Shown here piece by piece: positions 1 to 10,809 of a DNA stretch of 57,315 nucleotides (within the stretch, counting starts at the first letter, position 1; every line of letters begins with the position of its first letter). Source of the DNA: Methanobacterium sp. (GTDB lineage: Archaea > Methanobacteriota > Methanobacteria > Methanobacteriales > Methanobacteriaceae); NCBI GenBank assembly GCA_039666535.1, contig JAVSLV010000063.1, positions 1-57,315 of the forward strand, written 5' to 3'. Below the pieces are notes generated by a model that saw nothing but the letters and a program-made list of their open reading frames with translations, did no database searches and had not been told where the DNA came from. Position numbers and translations under genes: made by a program.

Positions 1-190
1 AGCTACGAATCTTCTGATCCAACTCTTCAACCGACAAATGCCTCTCAACATAAACCTTTTTCCCAGCCATAAATTAAATTATAACGATCATAGTATAAAA
101 ACATTTGCACAGCACTATATTTCTCATATAATAATATATACAAATCAATACATATAAATGTACACCATAATTAAATTGTTATAACACTAG
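1..190 (-). mobile_element. Left end of an IS element (IS630-like) with transposase N-terminus running off the window
   Basis: Minus-strand ORF from ATG at 70 (MAGKKVYVERHLSVEELDQKIRS...) resembles N-termini of methanogen IS630-family transposases. Bases 55-186 are the reverse complement of 57195-57315 apart from an 11-nt indel. The outer boundary is CTAG (187-190). Confidence 0.7.
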
Positions 191-296
191 AGCAGGATAG
201 TATATTAAAAAGTCAGAGACAACTGGATATGGAAGTATTTGCAGGATAATCTTGCAAATACATTGTTTTTACATGAAGTTATTGAATGGAGGAATT

Positions 297-644
297 ATGT
301 TAGAATTTATCATTACAGAAGGCGTTCCTTTTGTTATATTTGTTTTTATACTTATTCTTCATGGATATTATAAAATTAAACTGTCCATAGATGAGTCTAT
401 TATAAGCGCGCTGTCTCATGGAATTACTTTTGCAAGTATGTGGACCGCTCCTGAATATTACCCCTTAATCGATGCAATTATTGTAATAGGAATTATATTT
501 TTATTGGTACTAATTTTCGAAGGTTTATATTATATATTGAAAATGAAAATACCAATATCAATAAAATCTATTTGGTATGAAAAAACTACATGGATTCCTG
601 TAATCCTGTATGTTTTTTTAGAGTATTTATTTGATTTGATGTAA
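297..644 (+). CDS. Small multi-TM membrane protein, candidate immunity protein
   Basis: GGAGGA RBS just before ATG 297; about four hydrophobic segments; no recognisable family. Confidence 0.65.
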   Translation: MLEFIITEGVPFVIFVFILILHGYYKIKLSIDESIISALSHGITFASMWTAPEYYPLIDAIIVIGIIFLLVLIFEGLYYILKMKIPISIKSIWYEKTTWIPVILYVFLEYLFDLM

Positions 645-658
645 TATAAACTGAGAAA

Positions 659-979
659 ATGCAGACTATACGACAAAGAAATGGAGTAAATAGAGTAACT
701 CGACACTGGGGGGGATTTATAGTTTATTTATGCAACAATACTACGCGAAATATTGTCACTGGTAAGTATGGTGTAGCTACGATTGCGGCAATTATTGCGG
801 CATGGGGGATTACAGCAAAGATAGCAGGAACGGCAACAGCATTAATAGCTTTCAGTGCACATCTATTAGAGCGGGCTAATGCATATAACAGAGGTGTGAG
901 AGTCTGGTTAAACTGGGTTCCACCGGTTCCACCATTATGGAAGCCTCTTAGGATCAGGATGATAGACGCTCAACGCTAA
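659..979 (+). CDS. Small cationic protein with Ala/Gly-rich hydrophobic core, bacteriocin-like
   Basis: 106 aa with 11 R + 3 K versus 2 acidic residues; GVNRVTRHWGGFIVYL, a central hydrophobic stretch and a C-terminal NRGVRV motif. Confidence 0.55.
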   Translation: MQTIRQRNGVNRVTRHWGGFIVYLCNNTTRNIVTGKYGVATIAAIIAAWGITAKIAGTATALIAFSAHLLERANAYNRGVRVWLNWVPPVPPLWKPLRIRMIDAQR

Positions 980-1129
980 AGAATTAACTATCTATTAAGC
1001 TATCAAGCAGAAAACATCACATGCTTAATAGCTTTACATGTAGAGGAATGTTAACCTATATTAATGATATTTGGGTTTGCTGAACAAGGATCGTATTGCT
1101 TAAATACTCGTTTCTTAGGGGGTATCATG

Positions 1130-1405
1130 CTAATTGCTCTTAATTCCTCTCTCTTCTGCATTCTGCCTTGCTATTTCTACACCTTCACTTCTGTATCCTG
1201 AAATACCTTCATCAATAGTTATAGCTACTAAATCAATATTAAACTTATTTTTGAGTTTATTCAGGATATGTAGGGTTAAAACGCTATCTTTTCCACCAGA
1301 TAGAGCTACCGCTATCTTCTCACCCTCTTCAAGCAGTTTATATTCTTCAATTGTTTTTAGTACTGTATTTTCTATTTTTCTGTTGAAGTCATCCTTTGTA
1401 ACCAT
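1130..1405 (-). pseudogene. 3'-truncated TtuA/Ncs6-type (TIGR00269-like) PP-loop tRNA thiolation protein
   Basis: VALSGGKDS PP-loop and IDEGISGYR are present, but the ORF stops at 91 aa; the CxxC and GHNLDD regions are absent downstream. Confidence 0.8.
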
Positions 1406-1554
1406 GTGTCAGAAATTATTTGCTGATCTTAAAAATAATTTGTGTTTTCCTGATTTGAAGTCGCCGAAAAATTTAAGTATATCGTCTAACAATTTTAATC
1501 TGTGCAGAGTCCTTTTCATCACGTCAACGGAGATTTTAACCAAGAGAGGATATA

Positions 1555-1785
1555 ATGAAAGGAAAGATAATAGCAGCCAGATCAGAAGAAAAGATAGAAA
1601 CTCCACTTCACAGGCAGCTCAAACAATTTCAAAATAAAGAAGTCCGGATACTACAAAAAGACACTGAAACCAAAGAAGGACAGATCTTAGCAATAGATAA
1701 TTATCTAAATGTTGCAATGAGGACTACAAATGGTATGGAGTTTATAAAAGGAACTAAAATTTTGTACATTCAACTTAAATTTTAA
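1555..1785 (+). CDS. Sm/LSm-fold small protein
   Basis: Sm1-like EGQILAIDNYLNV and Sm2-like FIKGTKILYI motifs. Confidence 0.7.
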   Translation: MKGKIIAARSEEKIETPLHRQLKQFQNKEVRILQKDTETKEGQILAIDNYLNVAMRTTNGMEFIKGTKILYIQLKF

Positions 1786-1844
1786 AGCATTAATATTAAG
1801 AATGTAAAATAAACCATAATGTTTATTTCAGGTAGTGATAACAA

Positions 1845-2885
1845 ATGGCAGGAATAGTAGGATATGGAGTTTACATACCTTCATATAGAATAAAAATCGA
1901 AGAAATAGCCAAAGTATGGGGAGACGATCCAGATGCTATTTCAAGAGGGCTTGTTGTACAGGAAAAATCAGTTCCAGCTCCAGATGAAGATACTGCAACC
2001 ATTTCAGTAGAAGCATCAAGATATGCAATCGCCAGATCAATGATAGACCCTCAAAAGATAGGGGCAGTTTATGTTGGGTCAGAATCACATCCATATGCCG
2101 TAAAACCTACAGCAACTATTGTTGCAGAAGCAGTTGGTGCGGCACCCCACATGACCTCGGCGGATTTAGAATTTGCATGTAAAGCAGGTACAGCAGGAAT
2201 ACAGATTTGTATGGGGCTTGTAGATTCCGGAATTATTGATTATGGATTAGCTGTTGGTGCAGATACAGCACAGGGTGCTCCTGGGGATGCTTTAGAATAC
2301 ACAGCATCAGCAGGAGGGGCTGCCTACGTAATTGGAAAGGATAACAGCATTGCAGATATTGAAGGAACCTACAGTTTCACATCAGATACACCAGATTTCT
2401 ACAGAAGAGAAGGAAAGCCTTATCCAAGGCACGGCGGGAGGTTTACAGGAGAACCAGCCTACTTCAAGCATGTATTATCTGCAGCGTATAGGATGTTTGA
2501 AAAAATGGGAACTGATGCATCAGATTATGATCATGCAGTTTTTCACCAGCCCAACGGTAAATTCTACTTCAAAGCTGCAAAAAAACTTGGGTTTAACAAT
2601 AAACAGGTGAAAACAGGATTTTTAACTTCAGTTATAGGAAATACTTACTCTGGTGCAACTCCACTTGGACTGGCAGCTATCCTTGATATAGCAGAACCTG
2701 GAGATAGAATTCTTGCAGTATCTTATGGATCAGGTGCAGGAAGTGATGCATTCAGCATAACTGTTAATGATAGTGTAGAAGAAAGAAGATATCAAGGCCC
2801 AGCAGTCAGAGAAATTATAGAAAACAAAAACTATGTTGATTATGCCATGTATGCTAAATTTAATGGCAAATTGAAGATGGCTTAA
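1845..2885 (+). CDS. mvaS: Hydroxymethylglutaryl-CoA synthase (archaeal)
   Basis: [15 protein letters not shown] (catalytic Cys), FHQPN and GNTYSG motifs; adjacent to a thiolase. Confidence 0.95.
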   Translation: MAGIVGYGVYIPSYRIKIEEIAKVWGDDPDAISRGLVVQEKSVPAPDEDTATISVEASRYAIARSMIDPQKIGAVYVGSESHPYAVKPTATIVAEAVGAAPHMTSADLEFACKAGTAGIQICMGLVDSGIIDYGLAVGADTAQGAPGDALEYTASAGGAAYVIGKDNSIADIEGTYSFTSDTPDFYRREGKPYPRHGGRFTGEPAYFKHVLSAAYRMFEKMGTDASDYDHAVFHQPNGKFYFKAAKKLGFNNKQVKTGFLTSVIGNTYSGATPLGLAAILDIAEPGDRILAVSYGSGAGSDAFSITVNDSVEERRYQGPAVREIIENKNYVDYAMYAKFNGKLKMA

Positions 2886-2896
2886 GAGGGATTTAA

Positions 2897-4048
<1,152 letters not shown>

Positions 4049-4122
4049 ATGCTTCTTAGGTTTTTCTCCACCAAATACAAAAATCTAACCTAAAAAGAAA
4101 AATTTTAACAGTTAAAAATAAA

Positions 4123-4251
4123 TCAGTCTTCTTTTTTCATTGGTTGTTGGCAGCAGATTATTGCACATTCATCACAGTTGCATGCTTCTTCTACAGCTAC
4201 AACAAGTCCACATAGTTCACATTTATATTTTTCGCCTTTCTTACTTACCAT
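4123..4251 (-). CDS. Desulforedoxin-like small Cys-rich metal-binding protein (42 aa, not in ORF track)
   Basis: Translated by hand: MVSKKGEKYKCELCGLVVAVEEACNCDECAIICCQQPMKKED. Shows the YKCxxCG...CCxxPM pattern; GGTG/GGGA RBS-like sequence upstream. Confidence 0.8.
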   Translation of the reverse strand: MVSKKGEKYKCELCGLVVAVEEACNCDECAIICCQQPMKKED

Positions 4252-4345
4252 TTTCCCACCATAAACTTCAGTTTAACAATATATTATTATGTTTGACGCT
4301 ATATAAACTTAATCATTGCATGAAGTGCATGAGGGATTTTTCAAA

Positions 4346-5317
4346 ATGAGAACAAAAATTTATAAACCTGAGAAGGAAACTTTAAAAAGGGCAGCCGAAA
4401 TAATAAAGCGAGGTGACCTGGTTGCCTTTCCCACCGAAACTGTCTATGGACTCGGAGCAGATGCATTTAACCCAAAAGCAGTTGCAAAGATTTTTAATGT
4501 AAAAAATAGACCCAGATTTGATCCTCTCATCGTTCATATAGCAGATTTTAAGGATGTAGAACGTTTATGTAAGAAAATCGATGCAAGAGCAAGCTTACTT
4601 ATTAAGAAATTTTGGCCGGGTCCACTCACATTAGTATTGCCAAAGTCCAATATTGTACCTGATATAGTAACAGCTGGACTTGGAACTGTAGCAATAAGAA
4701 TGCCTTCTCATCCAGTAGCATTAGAGTTCATCAAAAATGCGAATGTAGCAATAGCAGCACCAAGTGCAAATCCATTTGGATACTTAAGTCCTACAAAAGC
4801 TATACATGTAGCAGAACAGATAGGAAACAAAATTGATTTGATAATAGATGGTGGAAAATGTCCTGTAGGTATTGAGTCAACGGTTCTAAAAATATCTAAG
4901 GAATCAACAGTTCTAAGACCGGGTGGATTGCCTGTTGAGGAGATAGAAAAGGTGATAGGCAAGGTAAAAATTTCTGTTTTAAGTAAAAGCCCACACTCAC
5001 CAGGTCAGTTAGCACATCACTATTCACCACGAACTCCATTAAAAATTATCGAAGGAGAAATTAATATGGCTGAAGGAACAAAGGTTGGCCTACTTGCCTT
5101 TAAAAGCTCAAAATATGATATTCCTTTTGAAAAGATAGAAGTTCTCTCACATAAGGGAAATTTAATTGAGGCTGCTTCCAACCTTTTCTCTTGCTTGCAT
5201 AACTTGGATACAGCCTATCTTGACATGATCTATGCAGAGCCTGTTCCTGAGATAGGACTTGGAAGAGCAATAATGGATAGACTTCGTAAAGCAGAGAGTA
5301 TAAAATGCACAATATAA
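4346..5317 (+). CDS. sua5: Threonylcarbamoyl-AMP synthase, long Sua5 form (YrdC + SUA5 domains)
   Basis: FPTETVYGLG, KNRP, APSAN, SPGQLAHHYSP linker and AIMDRLRKA motifs. Confidence 0.93.
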   Translation: MRTKIYKPEKETLKRAAEIIKRGDLVAFPTETVYGLGADAFNPKAVAKIFNVKNRPRFDPLIVHIADFKDVERLCKKIDARASLLIKKFWPGPLTLVLPKSNIVPDIVTAGLGTVAIRMPSHPVALEFIKNANVAIAAPSANPFGYLSPTKAIHVAEQIGNKIDLIIDGGKCPVGIESTVLKISKESTVLRPGGLPVEEIEKVIGKVKISVLSKSPHSPGQLAHHYSPRTPLKIIEGEINMAEGTKVGLLAFKSSKYDIPFEKIEVLSHKGNLIEAASNLFSCLHNLDTAYLDMIYAEPVPEIGLGRAIMDRLRKAESIKCTI

Positions 5318-6294
5318 CAGTTATTCCAGGAGATGGAATTGGAAAAGAAGTCATGGAAGCATCGATGCTGATTTTAGATGCACTGGATATTGATTTTAAT
5401 TATAAACTTGCCCCTGCTGGACATGGCTGTTTTAAAAAAACAGGAACAGCAATTCCAGAAGAAACAATTAAACTTGCAAAAAAATCAGATGCAACACTTT
5501 TTGGAGCTGTTACAACTGTTCCTTACAAGAAAAGTGCTATTATAACTCTTAGAAGAGAACTGGATCTTTATGCGAATATAAGGCCTGTTAAATCATATCC
5601 CCGAGCAAAAAGTCTCTATGATGATCTGGATTTTGTAATAGTTCGGGAAAATACAGAAGGACTTTATATAGGTATTGAAGAGGAAACAGAGGAGGGTGCA
5701 ACAGCTTTAAGTGTTACTACACGGAAAGCAAGTGAAAGGATCTGCAGGTTTGCATTTGAATATGCAAAAAAAACTGGTAGAAGCAAAGTTACTGCGGTTC
5801 ACAAGGCCAACGTGCTTAAAAAAACTGATGGGTTATTCAAAAAGACTTTTTACAAAGTGGCTGAAGATTTCAGTGACATTGAAACTGACGACCGTTATGT
5901 GGATGCTACAGCAATGTTTTTTATCACAAATCCATACATGTTTGATTGTTTGGTCACGACCAACCTTTTTGGAGATATACTCTCTGATGAAGGTGCCGGA
6001 CTTGTTGGAGGTCTTGGATTAGCTCCTTCAGCTAATATTGGGGATGATAATGCATTATTCGAGCCTGTACATGGATCAGGTCCAGATATAGCAGGTAAAG
6101 GTATTGCTAATCCGTCAGCTATGATACTATCATCTATAATGATGTTAGATTATTTAAAAGAGCATGATGCTGCACGTGTCACTGAAAACGCTTTAAAAAA
6201 CGTGTTAATTGAGGGCAAAGTCCTGACACCCGATTTTGGGGGAAATGCATCTACAATGGAAATGGCTCGCGAAATACGTTTAAAAATGATATAA
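5305..6294 (+). CDS. aksF: Homoisocitrate/isopropylmalate dehydrogenase family, probably AksF (coenzyme B pathway)
   Basis: IPGDGIG, HKANV, NLFGDILSDE and EPVHGS motifs. The GAVTTVPYKKSAIITLR loop fits AksF better than LeuB (GAAGESAADV). Confidence 0.75.
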   Translation: MHNITVIPGDGIGKEVMEASMLILDALDIDFNYKLAPAGHGCFKKTGTAIPEETIKLAKKSDATLFGAVTTVPYKKSAIITLRRELDLYANIRPVKSYPRAKSLYDDLDFVIVRENTEGLYIGIEEETEEGATALSVTTRKASERICRFAFEYAKKTGRSKVTAVHKANVLKKTDGLFKKTFYKVAEDFSDIETDDRYVDATAMFFITNPYMFDCLVTTNLFGDILSDEGAGLVGGLGLAPSANIGDDNALFEPVHGSGPDIAGKGIANPSAMILSSIMMLDYLKEHDAARVTENALKNVLIEGKVLTPDFGGNASTMEMAREIRLKMI

Positions 6295-6317
6295 GATATT
6301 CTTTCTAATTATTTTGA

Positions 6318-8756
6318 CTATTTATCAATTTTAACTGTTTTAAGCCGTGCAGAATTCGCAACCACTGTAAGAGAACTCAATGCCATTGCAGCGGCTGCTA
6401 TGATTGGATTTAAAAGTCCAATCGCCGCAAGCGGTATTGCTCCGGTGTTATATGCAAATGCCCAGAATAAATTCTGCTTGATTATTTTCATTGTCTCTTT
6501 ACTAAGCTTTATTCCAGTTACAACATCTCTTAAATCATCCTTGACGAGAATTATGCCACCAGTTTCTTTGGCAACATCAGTACCTGAACCAAGAGCTATG
6601 CCTATATCTGCCTGCGCAAGAGCAGGGGCATCGTTTACACCATCTCCTACCATCGCCACAACATTGCCATCATCTTCTAATTCTTTAATTGCATCAAGCT
6701 TTTCATGGGGCAGTACATTGGCAATAACCTTTTTGATTCCAATTTGGCCTGCAATTGCATTTGCTGTGAGTTCATTATCTCCAGTAAGCATTATGGATTC
6801 GATACCAAGGTTATCGAGTTCTTTTATTACTTCTCCTGAGTTTTCCTTAAGGGTATCTGCAATGGCAATCATTCCAGAGAGTTTCTGGTCTAATCCAACC
6901 ATTATTACAGTTTTTCCTTCAGCTTCAAGCCCCCTGATTTTTTCTTCAGATTGGGCAAGTTCTATTCCTGCTATTTCCATCATCTTCCTGTTTCCAATGG
7001 CAATGGCTTTGTTGTTCCATCTGGCTTTAATCCCATGTCCGGGTACTGCTTCAAAGTCAGTGATATCTTCAGCTTCAATTCCAAGAGAGGCAGCTTTTTT
7101 AAGCACAGCTTCTGCAAGCGGATGTTCGGAGCCTTTTTCTGCAGTAGCAGCTATTTTAAGGATTTCTTTTTCATCTACTCCAACTATATCTGTTACTTCT
7201 GGTCTACCCTTTGTAAGCGTACCTGTTTTATCAAAAACTACTTTATTCAATTTGTAAGCACTTTCAAGATATTCCCCACCACGTATCAATATCCCACTTT
7301 CAGCTCCTTTTCCTACACCCACCATCAGGGCTGCTGGAGTTGCAATACCAAGAGCACATGGACAGGATATTATAAGAACCGCAATAAATGACAATAACCC
7401 AAGTGTAAAGTTACCTAGGAATAAAGTCCAGATTAGGAATGTAGCAACTGCAATTGAAACCACTGCAGGGACAAAATAGGCACTTATACGGTCTGCGAGT
7501 CTTTGTATTGCAGCGCTTGATGACTGTGCATCTTCTACAAGCTTAACTATCTGCATAAGGGTAGTCTGTGAGCCAACGTTTGTTGCTTTAAATTTTATTA
7601 ACCCCTGTTTATTTATAGTAGCGCCGATTACTTCATTACCTTCTTTTTTAGACACTGGAAGACTTTCTCCAGTTATTACAGACTCGTCTACAGAACTTGA
7701 GCCTTCCACCACCACTCCATCAACTGGTATTTTCTCACCAGGTCTTACCACAACTATTTCACCAGGCATGATCTGTTCTGCAAGTATTTCAACTTCTTTT
7801 CCTTCTCTTATTACATGTGCAGACTTTGGTCTAAGATCCAGAAGTCTTCTAACTGCTACTGAACTTCTATGTCTTATGTAATCTTCCATAAATTTTCCAA
7901 GTAGCACAAATGCTATTATAACAGCTGATACATCAAAATAAACATCTCGTTCTGGTACAGGAAGAACTCCCGGGAAGAAAAGCACCAAGGTACTGAATCC
8001 CCAGGCTGTTAGAGTTCCCATTGCAATGAGGAAATCCATATTAAAGACACGGTTTTTGATCCCATGATAAGCGCCAATATAGAACGATGCACCACCCAAA
8101 AACTGTATTGGAGTTGTAAGCAAGAAAAGCCAGTATCCCCATGTAAACCATGGTAATGCAGGTATAGGGGCCCACATTATTATTGAAACTCCTGCAGCAA
8201 GTGTAAGCGCCGCTACAGCTCTAAGAAATGCTATTAATAATACTCCAGATAATACGAATATAACTCGCTGTTTCATCTTTTTTAATTCATCTTCTGGAGA
8301 TTCAAATCTTTTTGCACATTCTTCATTACAGAAATAGTATTCTCTTCCATCATACACCCTTTTTATGGCTTTAGATTTTTCTATCCGCATACCACACACA
8401 GGATCTGTTGCAAATTCCTCAGATTCATCTGTTCTATAAAAAGCTTTATATCCTGTGTTATCTATTATCTGGACAATCCTTCCCTTGCTTATTTTTTCAG
8501 GGTCGTATCTAACGGTAGCTGTGCCAGTTGCAAAACTTACATTGGCATCAGCTATACCTTCTTCTCTTTTTAGAATTTTTGAAATATTTTGAGCACATGC
8601 AGTACAGTTCATCCCTGTGATAATTAAATTTAAGATAGTTCTTGCAGTCCCATCTTCCTGGATATCTTCAGTCTTCAACTCCTCTTCTTCAAGCGATACA
8701 GGACATGTTTTTCCAGTAGATTTTGGTTCTAATTCATGGGATTTATCTTCAGCCAT
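6318..8756 (-). CDS. copA: Cu(I)-translocating P1B-type ATPase with HMA and YHS domains
   Basis: GMNCTAC, DPVCGM...[30 protein letters not shown] and MxxSS motifs; start placed at ATG 8756 after GGAG. Confidence 0.92.
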   Translation of the reverse strand: MAEDKSHELEPKSTGKTCPVSLEEEELKTEDIQEDGTARTILNLIITGMNCTACAQNISKILKREEGIADANVSFATGTATVRYDPEKISKGRIVQIIDNTGYKAFYRTDESEEFATDPVCGMRIEKSKAIKRVYDGREYYFCNEECAKRFESPEDELKKMKQRVIFVLSGVLLIAFLRAVAALTLAAGVSIIMWAPIPALPWFTWGYWLFLLTTPIQFLGGASFYIGAYHGIKNRVFNMDFLIAMGTLTAWGFSTLVLFFPGVLPVPERDVYFDVSAVIIAFVLLGKFMEDYIRHRSSVAVRRLLDLRPKSAHVIREGKEVEILAEQIMPGEIVVVRPGEKIPVDGVVVEGSSSVDESVITGESLPVSKKEGNEVIGATINKQGLIKFKATNVGSQTTLMQIVKLVEDAQSSSAAIQRLADRISAYFVPAVVSIAVATFLIWTLFLGNFTLGLLSFIAVLIISCPCALGIATPAALMVGVGKGAESGILIRGGEYLESAYKLNKVVFDKTGTLTKGRPEVTDIVGVDEKEILKIAATAEKGSEHPLAEAVLKKAASLGIEAEDITDFEAVPGHGIKARWNNKAIAIGNRKMMEIAGIELAQSEEKIRGLEAEGKTVIMVGLDQKLSGMIAIADTLKENSGEVIKELDNLGIESIMLTGDNELTANAIAGQIGIKKVIANVLPHEKLDAIKELEDDGNVVAMVGDGVNDAPALAQADIGIALGSGTDVAKETGGIILVKDDLRDVVTGIKLSKETMKIIKQNLFWAFAYNTGAIPLAAIGLLNPIIAAAAMALSSLTVVANSARLKTVKIDK

Positions 8757-8901
8757 TTGCTGTACTCCCTTTTGTTTTTTATTATGTAAATCAAAACATA
8801 TAAAGGGTTTATCAAAAAATCTCATAACCTTTAAATTAACTTAAAACAATATATTAATGAAAATTAAAATCAATTTTAATATAACTATAAACGGTGATTT
8901 T

Positions 8902-9066
8902 ATGGCAAAGAAAGATAAAAAAGTGCTTCCACCAAGTGGAGCAGGTCTTGTAAGATACTTTGAAGAAGAAACAAAGGGACCTACATTAACACCTGAACAG
9001 GTGGTAATAATAACCATAATTCTTGCAGCAGTCTTTATAGCATTAAGATTTACACAACCTGTATGA
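8902..9066 (+). CDS. secG: Preprotein translocase subunit SecG/Sec61-beta
   Basis: SGAGLVRYFEEE...LTPE followed by one TM helix; GGTGA RBS. Confidence 0.9.
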   Translation: MAKKDKKVLPPSGAGLVRYFEEETKGPTLTPEQVVIITIILAAVFIALRFTQPV

Positions 9067-9117
9067 TCCTTGAATTTAAGTTTACAGAAAAAACCACTTT
9101 TTAAATGGGAGATTAAA

Positions 9118-10467
9118 ATGGCAATTCACCCAATTGAATTCAGGTACGGTACAGAAGAGATGCGAAATGTGTGGGATTTGGAAAACAAGCTTCAAAAAAT
9201 GCTTGAAGTAGAAGCAGCTCTTGTGGAAGCAGAGGCAGAACTTAATATAATTCCCAGAGAAGCTGCAGAAGAAATAATCAGTAAAGCAAACACAAAATAT
9301 GTTACAGTCCAGAGGGTGGCTGAAATTGAAAGGCAAACCAATCACGATATTGCATCAATTGTAAAAGCTCTTGTGGAAGTTTGTAAAGGCAATGCAGGAG
9401 AATACGTCCATTTTGGAGCTACTTCCAATGATATTATTGATACATCCCAGTCGCTGCTTTTTAAAGATTCCATCAGTATTTTAAGAGGAAGACTTACCCA
9501 GCTTACAAAAACACTTTTAAAGCTTGCAGAAGAACATATAAACACTGTTTGTATTGGTAGAACTCATGGACAGCATGCACTTCCAACCACTTATGGAATG
9601 AAGTTTGCGCTATGGGCCGATGAAGTTTACAGGCAAATTGAAAGGCTTGACCAGTGTGAAGAGAGACTTTGTATGGGAATGATTACCGGTGCTGTTGGGA
9701 CCATTGCAGCTCTTGGAGAAGAAGGATTAGAAGTTCATAAGAGAGTTTCTGAAATTTTAGGACTTAAACCCGTATTAATATCTAATCAGGTGCTGCAGAG
9801 AGACAGTCATGCAGAGTTCATAATGGATCTTGCAAATACTGCAAGTACACTCGATAAAATTGCAGTTGAAATCAGGAACCTTCAGCGAACTGAAATTAAA
9901 GAAATTGGTGAAAGTTTCGATGCTAAAAAGCAAGTTGGAAGCAGTACCATGCCTCATAAAATGAATCCTATTACTGCTGAAAGGATCAGTGGTATTTCCA
10001 GAGTCATACGTGCCTATGTTGCTCCAGCGCTTGAAAATAACCCTCTCTGGCATGAAAGGGACCTTACTAATTCCTCATGTGAGCGGATTATTCTCCCTGA
10101 AGCATGTATTTTAACCGATTATATCATAGTTCTTACCTTAAAAGTGCTAAATAATCTGGTATTCTATCCAGAAAACATTGAAAGAGATTTAAACGCTACA
10201 AATGGACTTATAATGGCAGAAAGGTTCATGGCAGAGCTTACAAGGAAAGGAATTGGGAGACAAACTGCCTATGCACTTGTTAGAGAGTGTTCAGTTGAGG
10301 CTAACAAAAAAAATACTGGTCTTTTAGATGTTGTTTTAAGGAACAACGAAATCAAAAAGTATTTATCTGAAGATGAAATTAGAGATATTATGGATCCCCA
10401 TACTTACATCGGATCCTCGGTTGAAATTGTAAATAACGTACTTCAAGTATCTAAAGAATGGTTTTAA
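9118..10467 (+). CDS. purB: Adenylosuccinate lyase
   Basis: HFGATSND, GRTHGQHA and GSSTMPHKMNP motifs. Confidence 0.95.
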   Translation: MAIHPIEFRYGTEEMRNVWDLENKLQKMLEVEAALVEAEAELNIIPREAAEEIISKANTKYVTVQRVAEIERQTNHDIASIVKALVEVCKGNAGEYVHFGATSNDIIDTSQSLLFKDSISILRGRLTQLTKTLLKLAEEHINTVCIGRTHGQHALPTTYGMKFALWADEVYRQIERLDQCEERLCMGMITGAVGTIAALGEEGLEVHKRVSEILGLKPVLISNQVLQRDSHAEFIMDLANTASTLDKIAVEIRNLQRTEIKEIGESFDAKKQVGSSTMPHKMNPITAERISGISRVIRAYVAPALENNPLWHERDLTNSSCERIILPEACILTDYIIVLTLKVLNNLVFYPENIERDLNATNGLIMAERFMAELTRKGIGRQTAYALVRECSVEANKKNTGLLDVVLRNNEIKKYLSEDEIRDIMDPHTYIGSSVEIVNNVLQVSKEWF

Positions 10468-10487
10468 ATTCAATGGAGGTGAAAAAA

Positions 10488-10796
10488 ATGGGAGATATCA
10501 AAGAAGTAAAATCAATTCCAGTTGTACCATTTGCACTCATGATCGCAGTGATTTCAGCAGTGCTCGGATTCCTTTATGCATTAATATTCATTTTACCAAT
10601 GACTCTTCTTATGATGCCAATGCCTGGAATGGAAGGAATGGAAATTGCAGGTCTTGGAGCAGTCTTTGGAATTGTAATGTTAATAGTAACGCCAATAATA
10701 TCTTTCATAGCCGGATTCATAGTATATGCTATTACAGCTCTTGTTTACAACGTATTGGCACCAAAAATCGGCGGAATCAAACTGGAACTTGAATAA
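10488..10796 (+). CDS. DUF3566-like membrane protein
   Basis: Two long hydrophobic helices ending YNVLAPKIGGIKLELE; GGAGGTG RBS. Confidence 0.7.
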   Translation: MGDIKEVKSIPVVPFALMIAVISAVLGFLYALIFILPMTLLMMPMPGMEGMEIAGLGAVFGIVMLIVTPIISFIAGFIVYAITALVYNVLAPKIGGIKLELE

Positions 10797-10809
10797 ATTT
10801 TTTATTTTT

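Noticed and set aside
5305-6294. leuB or isocitrate dehydrogenase call
   Set aside because: The substrate loop fits AksF better and no leuC/leuD genes are adjacent.
6400-7257. Long antisense ORFs (also 1134-1637, 22509-23120, 47699-48223 and many others in the track)
   Set aside because: Ser/Ile/Phe-rich shadows of well-supported genes on the opposite strand.
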